A DNA stretch of 64,000 bases from the sequence record PV764601.1. One strand, given 5' to 3'. Numbering within the stretch: position 1 is the first letter of the stretch; each line of letters opens with the position of its first letter. Below are positions 28,181 through 37,546 of this stretch, piece after piece. Made by a program: the position numbers and the translations under genes. Below the pieces are notes generated by a model, which was not told where the DNA came from, ran no database searches, and saw only the letters and a program-made list of their open reading frames with translations.

Positions 28181-30658
28181 TCAACTAAAGAACGGGACCC
28201 AACCACGTGCAGCGTTGTAGTAAACCAGCGTGACGCCACCGTTATTCTTGTCCAAAACCAAGTCTTCCAGCGCGCCTACGATCCTAGCGTTGTTGCGCGA
28301 GATAGTCAGGTTCTTGGTACCGAACGTACCACCAGCATCGAGAACACGAACAGCTGTGCCCGGAGCAGGATTGGAGGGCAGTACCAGCGTACCAGCAAGG
28401 GAGGTAGTGTCTACCATGTAGCACCCACGCGCGACCGCGTTACGAGTGGTGTTACCCGTAGAGAACGCAACGGCAGTCCACGCATCAAAGTTGGCGTCAG
28501 TGAGAATCTCAGCGTCGTTAACCATTGCGGTTTGGAACCGCAGATTCAACTTGCTGCCGTTAGTGATGTTGACTACATCCGAACCAGCTACAGCAGCGAT
28601 GGCCCAAGAATTGCGATCCTCCTTGATGATGTTCATACCAACCTTGTTGGTATTGCGCTCACCTTCGGTAAGACGCATGAACAGCAGTGGGTACGGACCG
28701 TCCGTTGCAGCTGGATTGCCGTAGTCAATGGACACAACACCAGTGATCGTGCCGCCAGTGCGGAGCATGACCGGGTCGGTAATGCCGTAGCCTGCGAGGG
28801 TGGTGGGCTTGCCACCCAACATAGCGAAGGTGTAATCGTTCGTAGCGGGCATCACAACGCCACTACGGCCATTAAACGAGGTCACGCCCGAGGAGCCTGC
28901 CTCGATGCCAGTGATAATGCCCTTACTGTTCACAGTGACGCGAGCAGTGTTGTAGGTGCCTGCGGTCAGTCCTGACTGCGTTTCGAGACCGATAGAGTCA
29001 TTGACAATATCAATGCCACCACCCGAAGCCTTGTTAATCAGGCCCGTACCCGTTACACGCTGGAAGGTGATCGGGGTAGTACCGATACTGATGGTGCCCT
29101 GAGTGGACAGCATGAATATCTGATTCTTGAACGTGGTACCGTTCTGAACCGGGAACATGACGCCAGCGGCGAGGGACGAAGTGCTGTTAAAGTCCGAAGC
29201 ACGCACCCACGCGTTAGCCGTGGTGACATAAACACCGTTGGCAGTCTGCGTAGTCTGTCCTGCAACGAGAACACGCTCGCCGAGTTTGACCTGATACCCG
29301 TCAATAAAGCCTAGGCCACTTAGGGAAACGTTGGACGTAGCCACCGCAGCAACCGGCTGACGCATGGTGCTGATAGAGACGATGGCATTCTGCACAAAGT
29401 CTACAGTGGTAATGTCGTTGCCGGAAGAAGGAGTCGAAGTGCGAGTGAGGGCTCCCGTAAACACTGCGCCAGTGGTCAGAGCATAAGGTAGGTTGGTAGC
29501 GTTAACTACCCGACCAAACTTATCCACCGTGATGCTGTTGTAGCGCAGGGAGGCACCCGTGGTTCCAGCGGTGGCAGCCCCGGTATTAACCACTAGGTCT
29601 TGCATCACAGACAGGCCAATGCCATCTGCAACCGATACTGTCAGGCCACCAGCAGAAGGAACGTCTGCGCTGATTTGGTCACCAATGATCTTGATGCCGG
29701 GGCCAGAACGAATCTGGCCAGCACCCGACGTCTGAGTCCACTCGATGGGAGTGGTGCCAATGGTGATCGGGTCAGTGGTGATGACGGTCCAACGCGAGTT
29801 CTTGTTGACGGTACCGCCTGTGACGAATACGGTACTACCTGCCTTTAGATCACCCGTCTCATCGCTGTCCGAAGCAGCGGTAAGGGGCTGGCCAACTGCG
29901 TTGAACACGTAGATCAAATTCTGGGTCTTGTTCGTCTGATTCTTGAGCAGAATGCGATTTCCTGCCACAAGAGTCACACCGTCCAGCGTACTCGGGGCGC
30001 TGGTGATATTGACATTACCACCGGCATCGGTACTGGCTGCGACCACTGCTTCCTTATCGTGCAGACCGGCGGCGAGGTTGTCCACATACAGCTTGGTGGC
30101 AGCCTCATTGTCCTGAGTCGGGGACCCATAAAGCAAAAAGGGCCCAACCATAGTTGCGCCCTGAGTCGTCACGAAATTAAATGCGTTGAACTTGGGCAGC
30201 GTCGTGAACGTCCAGAGCCCGGAGATAGTCTGCGCCTTGGTACGATCAGCAGGCGTGACGTTGCCGGAATGCCAAATGTTGTTACCATTGATTAGCGGCG
30301 GCGTACTGAAGTCCCACAGCCCGCTAATTGACGCAGGAGTGTCAGCGCGCAGGAAGAGACCGACCGTAGACGCCGTGAAGGACGCATAAATGCGGTCGCC
30401 AACGTCCCACGCTTGCTTGGTAGTACCTTCCTGCCCTCGCAACACAGTGAGGGTATCGCCCGTGCGCGCAGTTAGATGGCAGATTTCAAATCGGGTATAC
30501 AGGGGATCGGAGAGCGTAATGACCTGATAGTCACCGTTGGTGGGGGCAGCGAAACGCTGCCCCGCACCAGTTGCTACAGTGATAGTCGAGGTAACCTCGT
30601 TCTGACCGACCGCTGCTGCCAACACCGTCAATGCGTTGTTAGAAAACAGGACGCTCAT
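28181..30658 (-). CDS. Tail/head fibre-like structural protein with duplicated domain
   Basis: Repeated AATKxYVD / LDGVxLxxGxRxLxxxQTxxTxNxxYV modules; C-terminal YxVDTT...LP..P..G..V module. Confidence 0.75.
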   Translation of the reverse strand: MSVLFSNNALTVLAAAVGQNEVTSTITVATGAGQRFAAPTNGDYQVITLSDPLYTRFEICHLTARTGDTLTVLRGQEGTTKQAWDVGDRIYASFTASTVGLFLRADTPASISGLWDFSTPPLINGNNIWHSGNVTPADRTKAQTISGLWTFTTLPKFNAFNFVTTQGATMVGPFLLYGSPTQDNEAATKLYVDNLAAGLHDKEAVVAASTDAGGNVNITSAPSTLDGVTLVAGNRILLKNQTNKTQNLIYVFNAVGQPLTAASDSDETGDLKAGSTVFVTGGTVNKNSRWTVITTDPITIGTTPIEWTQTSGAGQIRSGPGIKIIGDQISADVPSAGGLTVSVADGIGLSVMQDLVVNTGAATAGTTGASLRYNSITVDKFGRVVNATNLPYALTTGAVFTGALTRTSTPSSGNDITTVDFVQNAIVSISTMRQPVAAVATSNVSLSGLGFIDGYQVKLGERVLVAGQTTQTANGVYVTTANAWVRASDFNSTSSLAAGVMFPVQNGTTFKNQIFMLSTQGTISIGTTPITFQRVTGTGLINKASGGGIDIVNDSIGLETQSGLTAGTYNTARVTVNSKGIITGIEAGSSGVTSFNGRSGVVMPATNDYTFAMLGGKPTTLAGYGITDPVMLRTGGTITGVVSIDYGNPAATDGPYPLLFMRLTEGERNTNKVGMNIIKEDRNSWAIAAVAGSDVVNITNGSKLNLRFQTAMVNDAEILTDANFDAWTAVAFSTGNTTRNAVARGCYMVDTTSLAGTLVLPSNPAPGTAVRVLDAGGTFGTKNLTISRNNARIVGALEDLVLDKNNGGVTLVYYNAARGWVPFFS

Positions 30659-30670
30659 TATGGGGTACTC

Positions 30671-31024
30671 TTAGTTGGTTCCTTCACGCTTCTGCTGAAG
30701 GCGGATGTAAGCGAACGGGGCGTCCTGCTGGCCTTGTTCCTCACCCTTACCACGCGGCATTGCCGCATTGGCATACTGGGGCGCGGCAGAGAAGACGATG
30801 TTCAGACCCGGACCAAGGAGGTGACGGAGGTCTTCCCCGATAACGTACCGAGCGATGGCAACCCAATACTGGTCACGCACTGCACCGTCAAGCTCGCGGA
30901 GAGTAGCAGGGAATGCCTTCTCGCTATCCACACGAACCTTGGTAAGACCGTCGGAGTCGTTCACGATGGATGCCCACACCGGAAGTTCGGCGTCAGCATC
31001 AAACGTAGTCGTAATCTCGGTCAT
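30671..31024 (-). CDS. Hypothetical protein
   Basis: GGAG SD, in operon. Confidence 0.7.
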   Translation of the reverse strand: MTEITTTFDADAELPVWASIVNDSDGLTKVRVDSEKAFPATLRELDGAVRDQYWVAIARYVIGEDLRHLLGPGLNIVFSAAPQYANAAMPRGKGEEQGQQDAPFAYIRLQQKREGTN

Positions 31025-31036
31025 GCGTTACTCCTA

Positions 31037-31525
31037 TTAGGTTGCGATGTACTGGACGTTCTGGAGGATCAGCTGCTGGGTGTCCGAAACAGTACGTGCA
31101 CCGCCGAGGTCCAGCACGATCAGCACGTTGCGATTCGCAGTGTCGTCCATCAGCACGGCATAGGCTGCACCCGGGCCGCTGGCGGGCAGGTTACCGCCGG
31201 TAGCAGTCCACGAAACGTTCTTGAGGGTAACGAACGCACGGTTGTTGGTCGGGTCCTCAGTCAGCGAGGTCCAGTCGGCGGTGCCACGCTGAATGGCGAT
31301 GCCGCCTGCCACGTAGCCGTTACCGGCCGGGATTTCGTTCTGCGAGCAGTCGGACCAAGTCAGGCAGTTCGACGGAGTGGGGGCAACCTGCTCACCCGGG
31401 TTGGTGCTGACACCAGCCGAAGTGATGAGGGCAATCGAAAAACCGTTCGGCTCCATGACCGTTTCCTTGCGGAAGTAGGTACCGAGCAGGGTTGCCTTGG
31501 AACGGTTGGTGGTAATGGAAGGCAT
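31037..31525 (-). CDS. Putative structural beta-sandwich protein
   Basis: EIPAGNGYVAGG...VSWTATGG pattern typical of virion proteins. Confidence 0.65.
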   Translation of the reverse strand: MPSITTNRSKATLLGTYFRKETVMEPNGFSIALITSAGVSTNPGEQVAPTPSNCLTWSDCSQNEIPAGNGYVAGGIAIQRGTADWTSLTEDPTNNRAFVTLKNVSWTATGGNLPASGPGAAYAVLMDDTANRNVLIVLDLGGARTVSDTQQLILQNVQYIAT

Positions 31526-31571
31526 GTGCAGTCCTCAGTGTTTCTTGGGATCAATGTTGTGGATGGCACAA

Positions 31572-31597
31572 AGCCGCCCCATCTTTCAGGGGCGGCT
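31572..31597 (-). terminator. Hairpin terminator candidate
   Basis: AGCCGCCCC / GGGGCGGCT 9-bp stem. Confidence 0.65.
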
Positions 31598-31604
31598 AGG
31601 CTCG

Positions 31605-32465
31605 TTAGGCGACAGCGTGCTCGTCAATCTCGGCTTCCAGTTCGCGCAGGAACTCAGGGCCGTAGCCGAATTCCTTACGGAAGTAGCTCTTGACCGCATC
31701 AATGTCCGGAATACCGGCGGTTTCCATCAAGCGGTTGCGAGCGGTGGTCAGACGGTTGTTCGGATCGACGTTGTAGGCGGCTTCCACGATCAGGGAGGCA
31801 GACACGTACTCGACTTCCGAAGCGTCACGCGGCAGAATGGTGTGCTTGTAGCCGTTGTAGACGGTAGCATGTTCCACCACGTAACCGAAACGCACCTGAT
31901 GGGTGTCAGCGTCCACGTAAGCAGCGTAGGTGAACGGGCCCGAGGTATCGACGGTGGTGCCAGCGATTTCGGTGAAGTGCTTCGGCACGATGGCGCCCGG
32001 GTTCACCGAAGCGGTAGCGGTCATCAGCTCCGCAAGGTCTTCGTTGTGCTGACGGCGGATGAACTTGCGGCCGTCCGAAGCCTGCGTAACCTGCCACATG
32101 CTGTTGTCGGTGTCGTCCATCAGCACGTTCTTGGCAATCTCCTTCAGCTGACTGGCGCGTTCTTCGCTCAGTTCCTCAGACAGGACGTTGGCGCCAACGA
32201 AACCGACCGACAGCATACGGCGCTGGTGGGCGTTGTCCGTTTCGATTTCGCGGAAGCTGTGCGGGATGACGTTGCCGCGGCCTTCCAGCAGCGAAGCCAG
32301 AGCGGCGCGATTCTCAGCAGTGGTGCCACGGTGAGAGTGGGCGACGACAACCTTAGCCACGGTCGGGCTAACCAGTTCGTAGCTCAGAATGTCAGCGTGC
32401 GGCTTGATGCCGTTAGTGCGCTGGGCCAGACGAGCACCGATGCGGTCATTGAAGCTTGCGTTCAT
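31605..32465 (-). CDS. Hypothetical virion protein
   Basis: GGAG SD before ATG 32465 (MNASF); contains METAG. Confidence 0.7.
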   Translation of the reverse strand: MNASFNDRIGARLAQRTNGIKPHADILSYELVSPTVAKVVVAHSHRGTTAENRAALASLLEGRGNVIPHSFREIETDNAHQRRMLSVGFVGANVLSEELSEERASQLKEIAKNVLMDDTDNSMWQVTQASDGRKFIRRQHNEDLAELMTATASVNPGAIVPKHFTEIAGTTVDTSGPFTYAAYVDADTHQVRFGYVVEHATVYNGYKHTILPRDASEVEYVSASLIVEAAYNVDPNNRLTTARNRLMETAGIPDIDAVKSYFRKEFGYGPEFLRELEAEIDEHAVA

Positions 32466-32481
32466 GTTTATCTCCAGTGAA

Positions 32482-32955
32482 TTACTTGGACCGCGATTCA
32501 GCGGTGGTGGGAACAGAGGGCTGGGAAGGAACAACCTTGTGGTTGAGCACGTAGTTAACAACGAGGGAAACGACAACCGTGGTAATCATGCCCCACAGCA
32601 GATCGGTCTTCTTGATGCGCGCCTTGTCGCGGGCATCCTCGCTGATCTTGAACTCCTGAACAAAGCGAGCAAAATCTGCGCTGATGGTGCCGACAGAATG
32701 GTTTACGTCAATTAGAGTCTTTGACAACTCCGCGTACTGCACCTTGAGCTTTTCAAGCTCTTCTTTTGCTTCCTTGTCACGGGCTACAAGGTGAGTAAGG
32801 TCTTTTTCTACAGACTGCATTCGGTTGATGAGGGCCGCCGTACCGTTGCCATCCCGAACGATCTTGAGAAGGGTATCAAGGTCGCGGCGTACCTGCGCCA
32901 ACTCGACAGCAGTCCGAGTGTTAGCATCTTCGGACATTAGTTGAAGTCTTGGCAT
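32482..32955 (-). CDS. Coiled-coil protein with C-terminal transmembrane helix
   Basis: Heptad region then LLWGMITTVVVSLVVNYVL. Confidence 0.65.
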   Translation of the reverse strand: MPRLQLMSEDANTRTAVELAQVRRDLDTLLKIVRDGNGTAALINRMQSVEKDLTHLVARDKEAKEELEKLKVQYAELSKTLIDVNHSVGTISADFARFVQEFKISEDARDKARIKKTDLLWGMITTVVVSLVVNYVLNHKVVPSQPSVPTTAESRSK

Positions 32956-32963
32956 GTTTGAAA

Positions 32964-33461
32964 TTAGCCACCAGTCTGCTCCGGTGACACGCTATACAAC
33001 TGCTTTGCGTGCCAATCGCAGGCGTGAACAAAGCTTTCATTGGGCACGTCCTCAATCTGTGCGGCATTGGCATGCAAAGACTCCAAGATTTCGGTAGCGA
33101 TCTGTTGTGCCGTTTCCGAACTGGGTTTGCTCATGTCAACCTTGACAGCAGCGATGTCTACCGGATAGGTGGTGCTGCTGTTATTTCCTGTGTCTTCGTA
33201 AATAGACCGTGCTGTGTAAAGCAGGCATTCGCAATCACCCTTTACCGTGTGGTCGAGGATGACTTCATGGTAGGCATAACCTTGGAAGTAACTGCTGCCA
33301 TAGGTCACGCAGGTGTCGGGAGTAGAGGAAAACAATCTGTATCTAGTGGCCCCTCCACCAAGGAAGTTCGTGCTGTACTTGCATTTACCCCACACCTTCG
33401 GAAACCGTTGGATGAGGTACTCAAACACAGCGCGCGCGTAGTCGGCCGTTGTGTTATCCAT
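32964..33461 (-). CDS. Hypothetical protein
   Basis: 165-aa ORF in operon. Confidence 0.6.
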   Translation of the reverse strand: MDNTTADYARAVFEYLIQRFPKVWGKCKYSTNFLGGGATRYRLFSSTPDTCVTYGSSYFQGYAYHEVILDHTVKGDCECLLYTARSIYEDTGNNSSTTYPVDIAAVKVDMSKPSSETAQQIATEILESLHANAAQIEDVPNESFVHACDWHAKQLYSVSPEQTGG

Positions 33462-33475
33462 TATCGTCCCTTCCC

Positions 33476-34822
33476 TTAGAACAGGCCACGGCGTGCGTAC
33501 TGATTACGCCAACCGAAGAACAGGTTGGTGGTCGCGGACAACTGAATGCCCATAGCACCCACGTTCCTCGAAATGATACCGCCGTTGCCGTAGTCACCGT
33601 CGCCGGTCAGCAGACCCTTGCGTGTGATATTCTGCTTGAACTCCGGCAAGTATTGGTCAACGAATGCTTGGGCATCCGATGCCGCAGTTTCGTAGTACGC
33701 AGTAATGTCAATGTCCAGTGTAACGCTCTGGCCCTGCATCACCATACTACGTTCGGCCTCCAGAAGGTACTGACTACGGAGGAGACGCACTGCACTGCAC
33801 ATGACCCAGAATTGACGGAAGGGTCCATTAGCACAGGTGAAGTCAAAGAAGGTTGGCATACCGACACTGTTGAAGTAGTCGCCGCCTTGCTTCAGGAAGT
33901 GAATGATTACGTTCAGGTCGATGGTCAGTTCCTGCAACCGGCCTTCGTTGTTGGCGCGGTTCACAAACTGTTGTAGCTCCCGTCCTGCCTGTAGGATCAT
34001 TGGAGTCACATGATACAGATAGCTATCCTCGACAACTACTTCACCCGAATCCTCATCCTTGTATTGCCACCACAAGTTATAGGGCTCAAGCGAAGGAGTC
34101 AGCGATTCATTGCTGGCTGTAATGTCGGCGGGGTTCAAGCCGCGCGCTGCTGCCATCGCTTGTATGAGAGCAGGGGACGGCTGGTTGATCCCCAACGCAG
34201 AATTCGGGGGAGGGGACGCTCCGGGGTTACGCAGGGTAGCATGGTTGAAACTACCCAGATACTGCGTACCGTTGAATACCTTGTCACCCGGTTGCAGGAT
34301 GACAGGGCTGCCGTTGTTAAGGCAGGCGTTGCCCTTGAACACCAGCACTTCCACTTGATCGTTGGAAGGCAGTACCGCTTTGAGAATCGTTTTGTCTGTT
34401 GCTGCTTCTACGATGTCCGGTACGCCGAACACGCCACCCTGCATGACAGGCTTGACGTTGAACGACTCGATATAACTGGAAACGAATGTACCATCTTGAG
34501 TTTCAAGGGTCCACGCCAGTTGATACTTGGTACCGTAGAACTCGACAGGTAGCGTGTAGGGAATATCGACCGAAGCCGAGGCATTCACCTTGGAGCGCGA
34601 ACCTAGAGGCGACACCACAATGTTTGTGGCGATGCCGGAAGTCCACTCCGCATCGTCTGCGTCTACGATACTGTACCGGGCAATCAATCCGGTCGTATCC
34701 GTGTTAGGAGCAATGAAGAAGCTCGCGTTGGCTACGACTTGTTGTCCGACAACAGCGTCATTGATTACATTAGGAAAGGCTGACATTGAGTTGAGGCCAT
34801 AGGAAGTGGTGAATCCCTGCAC
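33476..34822 (-). CDS. Putative head-tail adaptor/neck protein
   Basis: Ig-like N-part plus helical C-part (AVRLLRSQYLLEAE...QSVTLDID); position in the virion block. Confidence 0.5.
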   Translation of the reverse strand: MQGFTTSYGLNSMSAFPNVINDAVVGQQVVANASFFIAPNTDTTGLIARYSIVDADDAEWTSGIATNIVVSPLGSRSKVNASASVDIPYTLPVEFYGTKYQLAWTLETQDGTFVSSYIESFNVKPVMQGGVFGVPDIVEAATDKTILKAVLPSNDQVEVLVFKGNACLNNGSPVILQPGDKVFNGTQYLGSFNHATLRNPGASPPPNSALGINQPSPALIQAMAAARGLNPADITASNESLTPSLEPYNLWWQYKDEDSGEVVVEDSYLYHVTPMILQAGRELQQFVNRANNEGRLQELTIDLNVIIHFLKQGGDYFNSVGMPTFFDFTCANGPFRQFWVMCSAVRLLRSQYLLEAERSMVMQGQSVTLDIDITAYYETAASDAQAFVDQYLPEFKQNITRKGLLTGDGDYGNGGIISRNVGAMGIQLSATTNLFFGWRNQYARRGLF

Positions 34823-34858
34823 CTGAAAAGCACGGAGGAATAGCCCTCGCCTTCACAG

Positions 34859-34866
34859 TAAAATTA
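34859..34866 (-). promoter_or_regulatory. Putative late promoter TAATTTTA
   Basis: 36 nt upstream of GTG 34822. Confidence 0.5.
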
Positions 34867-34953
34867 GCTGCCAAGTACCGTATTTGAGGCACCCTTACCC
34901 GGCTAATTTGAAAGGTTTACCCGACTAGTGGGCCGTCCTTGGCCCGGTTGTTG

Positions 34954-35751
34954 TCAGGAAGCGATTACCGAGGCTGCACGCAGGGCTGCCAGCAGGGCGT
35001 TGAAATCCTGCTGGGTAGGAGCGGCGGTCAAGTCAGCAATGGCGGCCTGCTGGAGGACACCGCCACGGAGAGCACTTGTCGGAGTAGCCAGCGTAACGTT
35101 GAGGGTGGCGTTAGCAGAGCCATCGAACGGAGAGGCGGTGGTACCGGAAGCCCCGCCACTCAGAGTGAAGGTACGGCCCGTAGCCAGAGCGGTTGCCTTA
35201 GTAGCAGTCGGAGGTACGCCAAAAGCGCCCGAACCCAAAAGCACGTTAGCAGCACTTGGAGTGCCAGTACCCAAACGCGCAACCGCCAGAGTGCCGGAGG
35301 CGATCTTGGCGGCGTCCAAATCTGGAATGTCTCCGGCAACAAGGGCGCTGCGACTCAGGGTGCCATCGGCGGTAGCACTAAGGCCCGCACCGATCTTGAC
35401 GCCACCAAGGACCGAGCCCGTAGCGACAGGCAACGTATAGCCACTACCTTGACCTTCCCCGAGCAGTTCCTTAGCAGCATCTGCATCAGCAGCCTGCATC
35501 AGTTTGTTACCGAACGGAGTAGAAATGGCAGGAGCGGCGGATACAGGACCGATGGTGACCGGCGGAACCGAAGCCTGATACTCGACCTTCAGGATCAGCG
35601 GATTGCCGTTGGCAAAATCGTTGAGCGCTTTCAGGTTGTGGGTGCTCAGGGCAGCCACCCGATCGTCAGGGAATTCAGTGGTGGCGTTCGGGGCCAGCGT
35701 CAGGTCGCCGAACGTCATCTGATTAGCTGAGGTGTTGGTAAACACATACAT
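34954..35751 (-). CDS. Head fibre/decoration protein (phi29 gp8.5-like C-terminus)
   Basis: YTLPVATGSVLGGVKIG and QQAAIADLTAAPTQQDFNALLAALRAASVIA. Confidence 0.7.
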   Translation of the reverse strand: MYVFTNTSANQMTFGDLTLAPNATTEFPDDRVAALSTHNLKALNDFANGNPLILKVEYQASVPPVTIGPVSAAPAISTPFGNKLMQAADADAAKELLGEGQGSGYTLPVATGSVLGGVKIGAGLSATADGTLSRSALVAGDIPDLDAAKIASGTLAVARLGTGTPSAANVLLGSGAFGVPPTATKATALATGRTFTLSGGASGTTASPFDGSANATLNVTLATPTSALRGGVLQQAAIADLTAAPTQQDFNALLAALRAASVIAS

Positions 35752-35774
35752 ACTGGAGAACCTCTAAGTGTGGA

Positions 35775-36029
35775 TCAGCCCTGCGGATTTTCCGCAGCAA
35801 CGATGGGACCGAGGCCAGCCGAGAGGGGAGCCGGAGAGAAGACCAGCTGCTTTTCAGCGGTGTGCACCACGGAGAAGGTGCCCTCGGCAACCTTGGCGTT
35901 AATCAGGGACTTTTCCTCTACCGACAGGCGGGCGAAGTCCAGATCACTGATCGGGTGGGCAACCTGCGGCTCGAAACCCAGGCTGCCAACAACGAGACGT
36001 TCAAAGCCGAGATTGGTGATGCTATACAT
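35775..36029 (-). CDS. Small hypothetical virion protein
   Basis: GGAG SD; N-terminus resembles that of the 34954 ORF (Y-F/I-TN...). Confidence 0.6.
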   Translation of the reverse strand: MYSITNLGFERLVVGSLGFEPQVAHPISDLDFARLSVEEKSLINAKVAEGTFSVVHTAEKQLVFSPAPLSAGLGPIVAAENPQG

Positions 36030-36094
36030 GGCGAATCTCCATTAGTAGTAGGTGGAACATCCATGTTGTTGCTACTCCTACCTTCCAAGTAGGA

Positions 36095-36469
36095 TTACTT
36101 CTCCTTCGGAACAGGGGTGGCACTCAGCTTGGGCTCAAGGTAAGGGAAGAAGTGGTAGAGAACCACCGTCGCCTTTTGATACGCCTTGGGGGACCACGTG
36201 CCTACAACAATGCTACCCAGTACCTTGACCGTACCCATACCCGGCCACAGCAGGAATGTAGGAATGAATGCCAGCAGGAAAGCGATTGCTTGCACAACCG
36301 TCCGGCCCATTTCGGGCGGCAGATGATTCAGCAGCTTCCGAACCAGCGGATTGAACTTGACGAGTTGCGTACCACCCCAAGAGATAAGCATACCGAAGGC
36401 GATTGCGCGCGCAGCGGTCGGCGTCTCAAGGAAGTTGTTCAGCGTTTCGATCATGGACAGGTCGAACAT
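36095..36469 (-). CDS. Membrane protein, holin candidate
   Basis: Two to three hydrophobic helices, basic C-terminus; SD GAGGAG before ATG 36469. Confidence 0.5.
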   Translation of the reverse strand: MFDLSMIETLNNFLETPTAARAIAFGMLISWGGTQLVKFNPLVRKLLNHLPPEMGRTVVQAIAFLLAFIPTFLLWPGMGTVKVLGSIVVGTWSPKAYQKATVVLYHFFPYLEPKLSATPVPKEK

Positions 36470-36526
36470 CGGTCTCCTCATTAAAAAGTTAGGTTGGCCA
36501 CTCCCTACTATGAGGATTCATCCGTA

Positions 36527-37486
36527 TCAGCTGGAGGCAATCAGATCGTCATCCACGCCAGCATGAACTCGGTTGTGGTACTCAAAGGAGCGGCTTACTT
36601 CGGCCATAGCAATGCTGCTATGGCCGTGCATGTGACACATGAACTCAGCGGTGACAGAACCGTTGCTCATGATCGGGCCATTGAAGTTGGTTGCCGATGC
36701 GTAAGCTTGCAGCAGGTTCCGACGACGGCGCTGTGCGTTAGGGGTTGCGTGGTGAACCATGTAGTGATGCAGGGTGCTCGCCTTGACAACCGCACTGGTG
36801 TGGGGATCAGTCCACACAGGATCAGTGTCGGGATCAGATTGCAGGAACACGAAGTCCACCGAACTGACTTGCTCTTCATCGTAGCCAACAATCTTGCCGT
36901 CGCTATCCAGCTTGGGGAAGTAGATGGTGCGGAAGAACTTGTCCGTAATACGCAGGCCCTTGTCGATTTGCTCAGGCGTCTTATACTGTGGGGTGTAGTC
37001 GTGCGCCTTGGCCGTTTCCTTGCCAGTAGCATTGGAGATAATCTTCTTGGCACGCTCAAGACGATTACGATCTTCCGGACTCAGCGACTTGCCAGCCCGG
37101 TTGATGTAGAAGGTGAGGCGGCTCATGGCCTTTCCCTTACCCTTACTAAGCAGATACTTGGCGATCTTCTCCGAGCTCTGCTTGAAGATGCCTTCCTTCG
37201 GATGGAACTTTTCCTTGTCTGCTACTTCCTGACTCCAATCCTTCTTTGCGGTTTCTTCCACGTCAGCTTCCTCGTTAGTAGAGTCTGGGGAGTCGAACAT
37301 CGCCTTCTCACCTTTCGACAAGCCTAGGCGACGTTTGACGATCCCTGTCAGGTATGGATAGTAGCTCGGGTCATCTTCCGAGAACTTCTTGTCAACGATT
37401 TTCTTGCTATCGTCCCAAATCTTCTCTGCGTGGTCGTGCGTGGTACCCGCTTTCTTGGCGATACCTTGCAGCATACGAACAGGCAT
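36527..37486 (-). CDS. Modular protein with a DUF3175-like domain
   Basis: KEGIF...KAMSRLTFYINRAGKSLS...LERAK resembles DUF3175; modules separated by ETA motifs. Confidence 0.6.
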   Translation of the reverse strand: MPVRMLQGIAKKAGTTHDHAEKIWDDSKKIVDKKFSEDDPSYYPYLTGIVKRRLGLSKGEKAMFDSPDSTNEEADVEETAKKDWSQEVADKEKFHPKEGIFKQSSEKIAKYLLSKGKGKAMSRLTFYINRAGKSLSPEDRNRLERAKKIISNATGKETAKAHDYTPQYKTPEQIDKGLRITDKFFRTIYFPKLDSDGKIVGYDEEQVSSVDFVFLQSDPDTDPVWTDPHTSAVVKASTLHHYMVHHATPNAQRRRRNLLQAYASATNFNGPIMSNGSVTAEFMCHMHGHSSIAMAEVSRSFEYHNRVHAGVDDDLIASS

Positions 37487-37516
37487 TGTTGATTCTCCTA
37501 CAAAGCAAAGACAGAA

Positions 37517-37539
37517 CCCACCGAGGGTTAGTCGGTGGG
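37517..37539 (-). terminator. Intrinsic terminator candidate
   Basis: CCCACCGA / TCGGTGGG stem followed on minus by TTCTGTCTTT. Confidence 0.65.
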
Positions 37540-37546
37540 ATATTAC

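Noticed and set aside
34831-34838. CACGGAGG matching CANGGANG on the plus strand
   Set aside because: Non-transcribed strand and no flanking stem; shows that the bare 8-mer arises by chance
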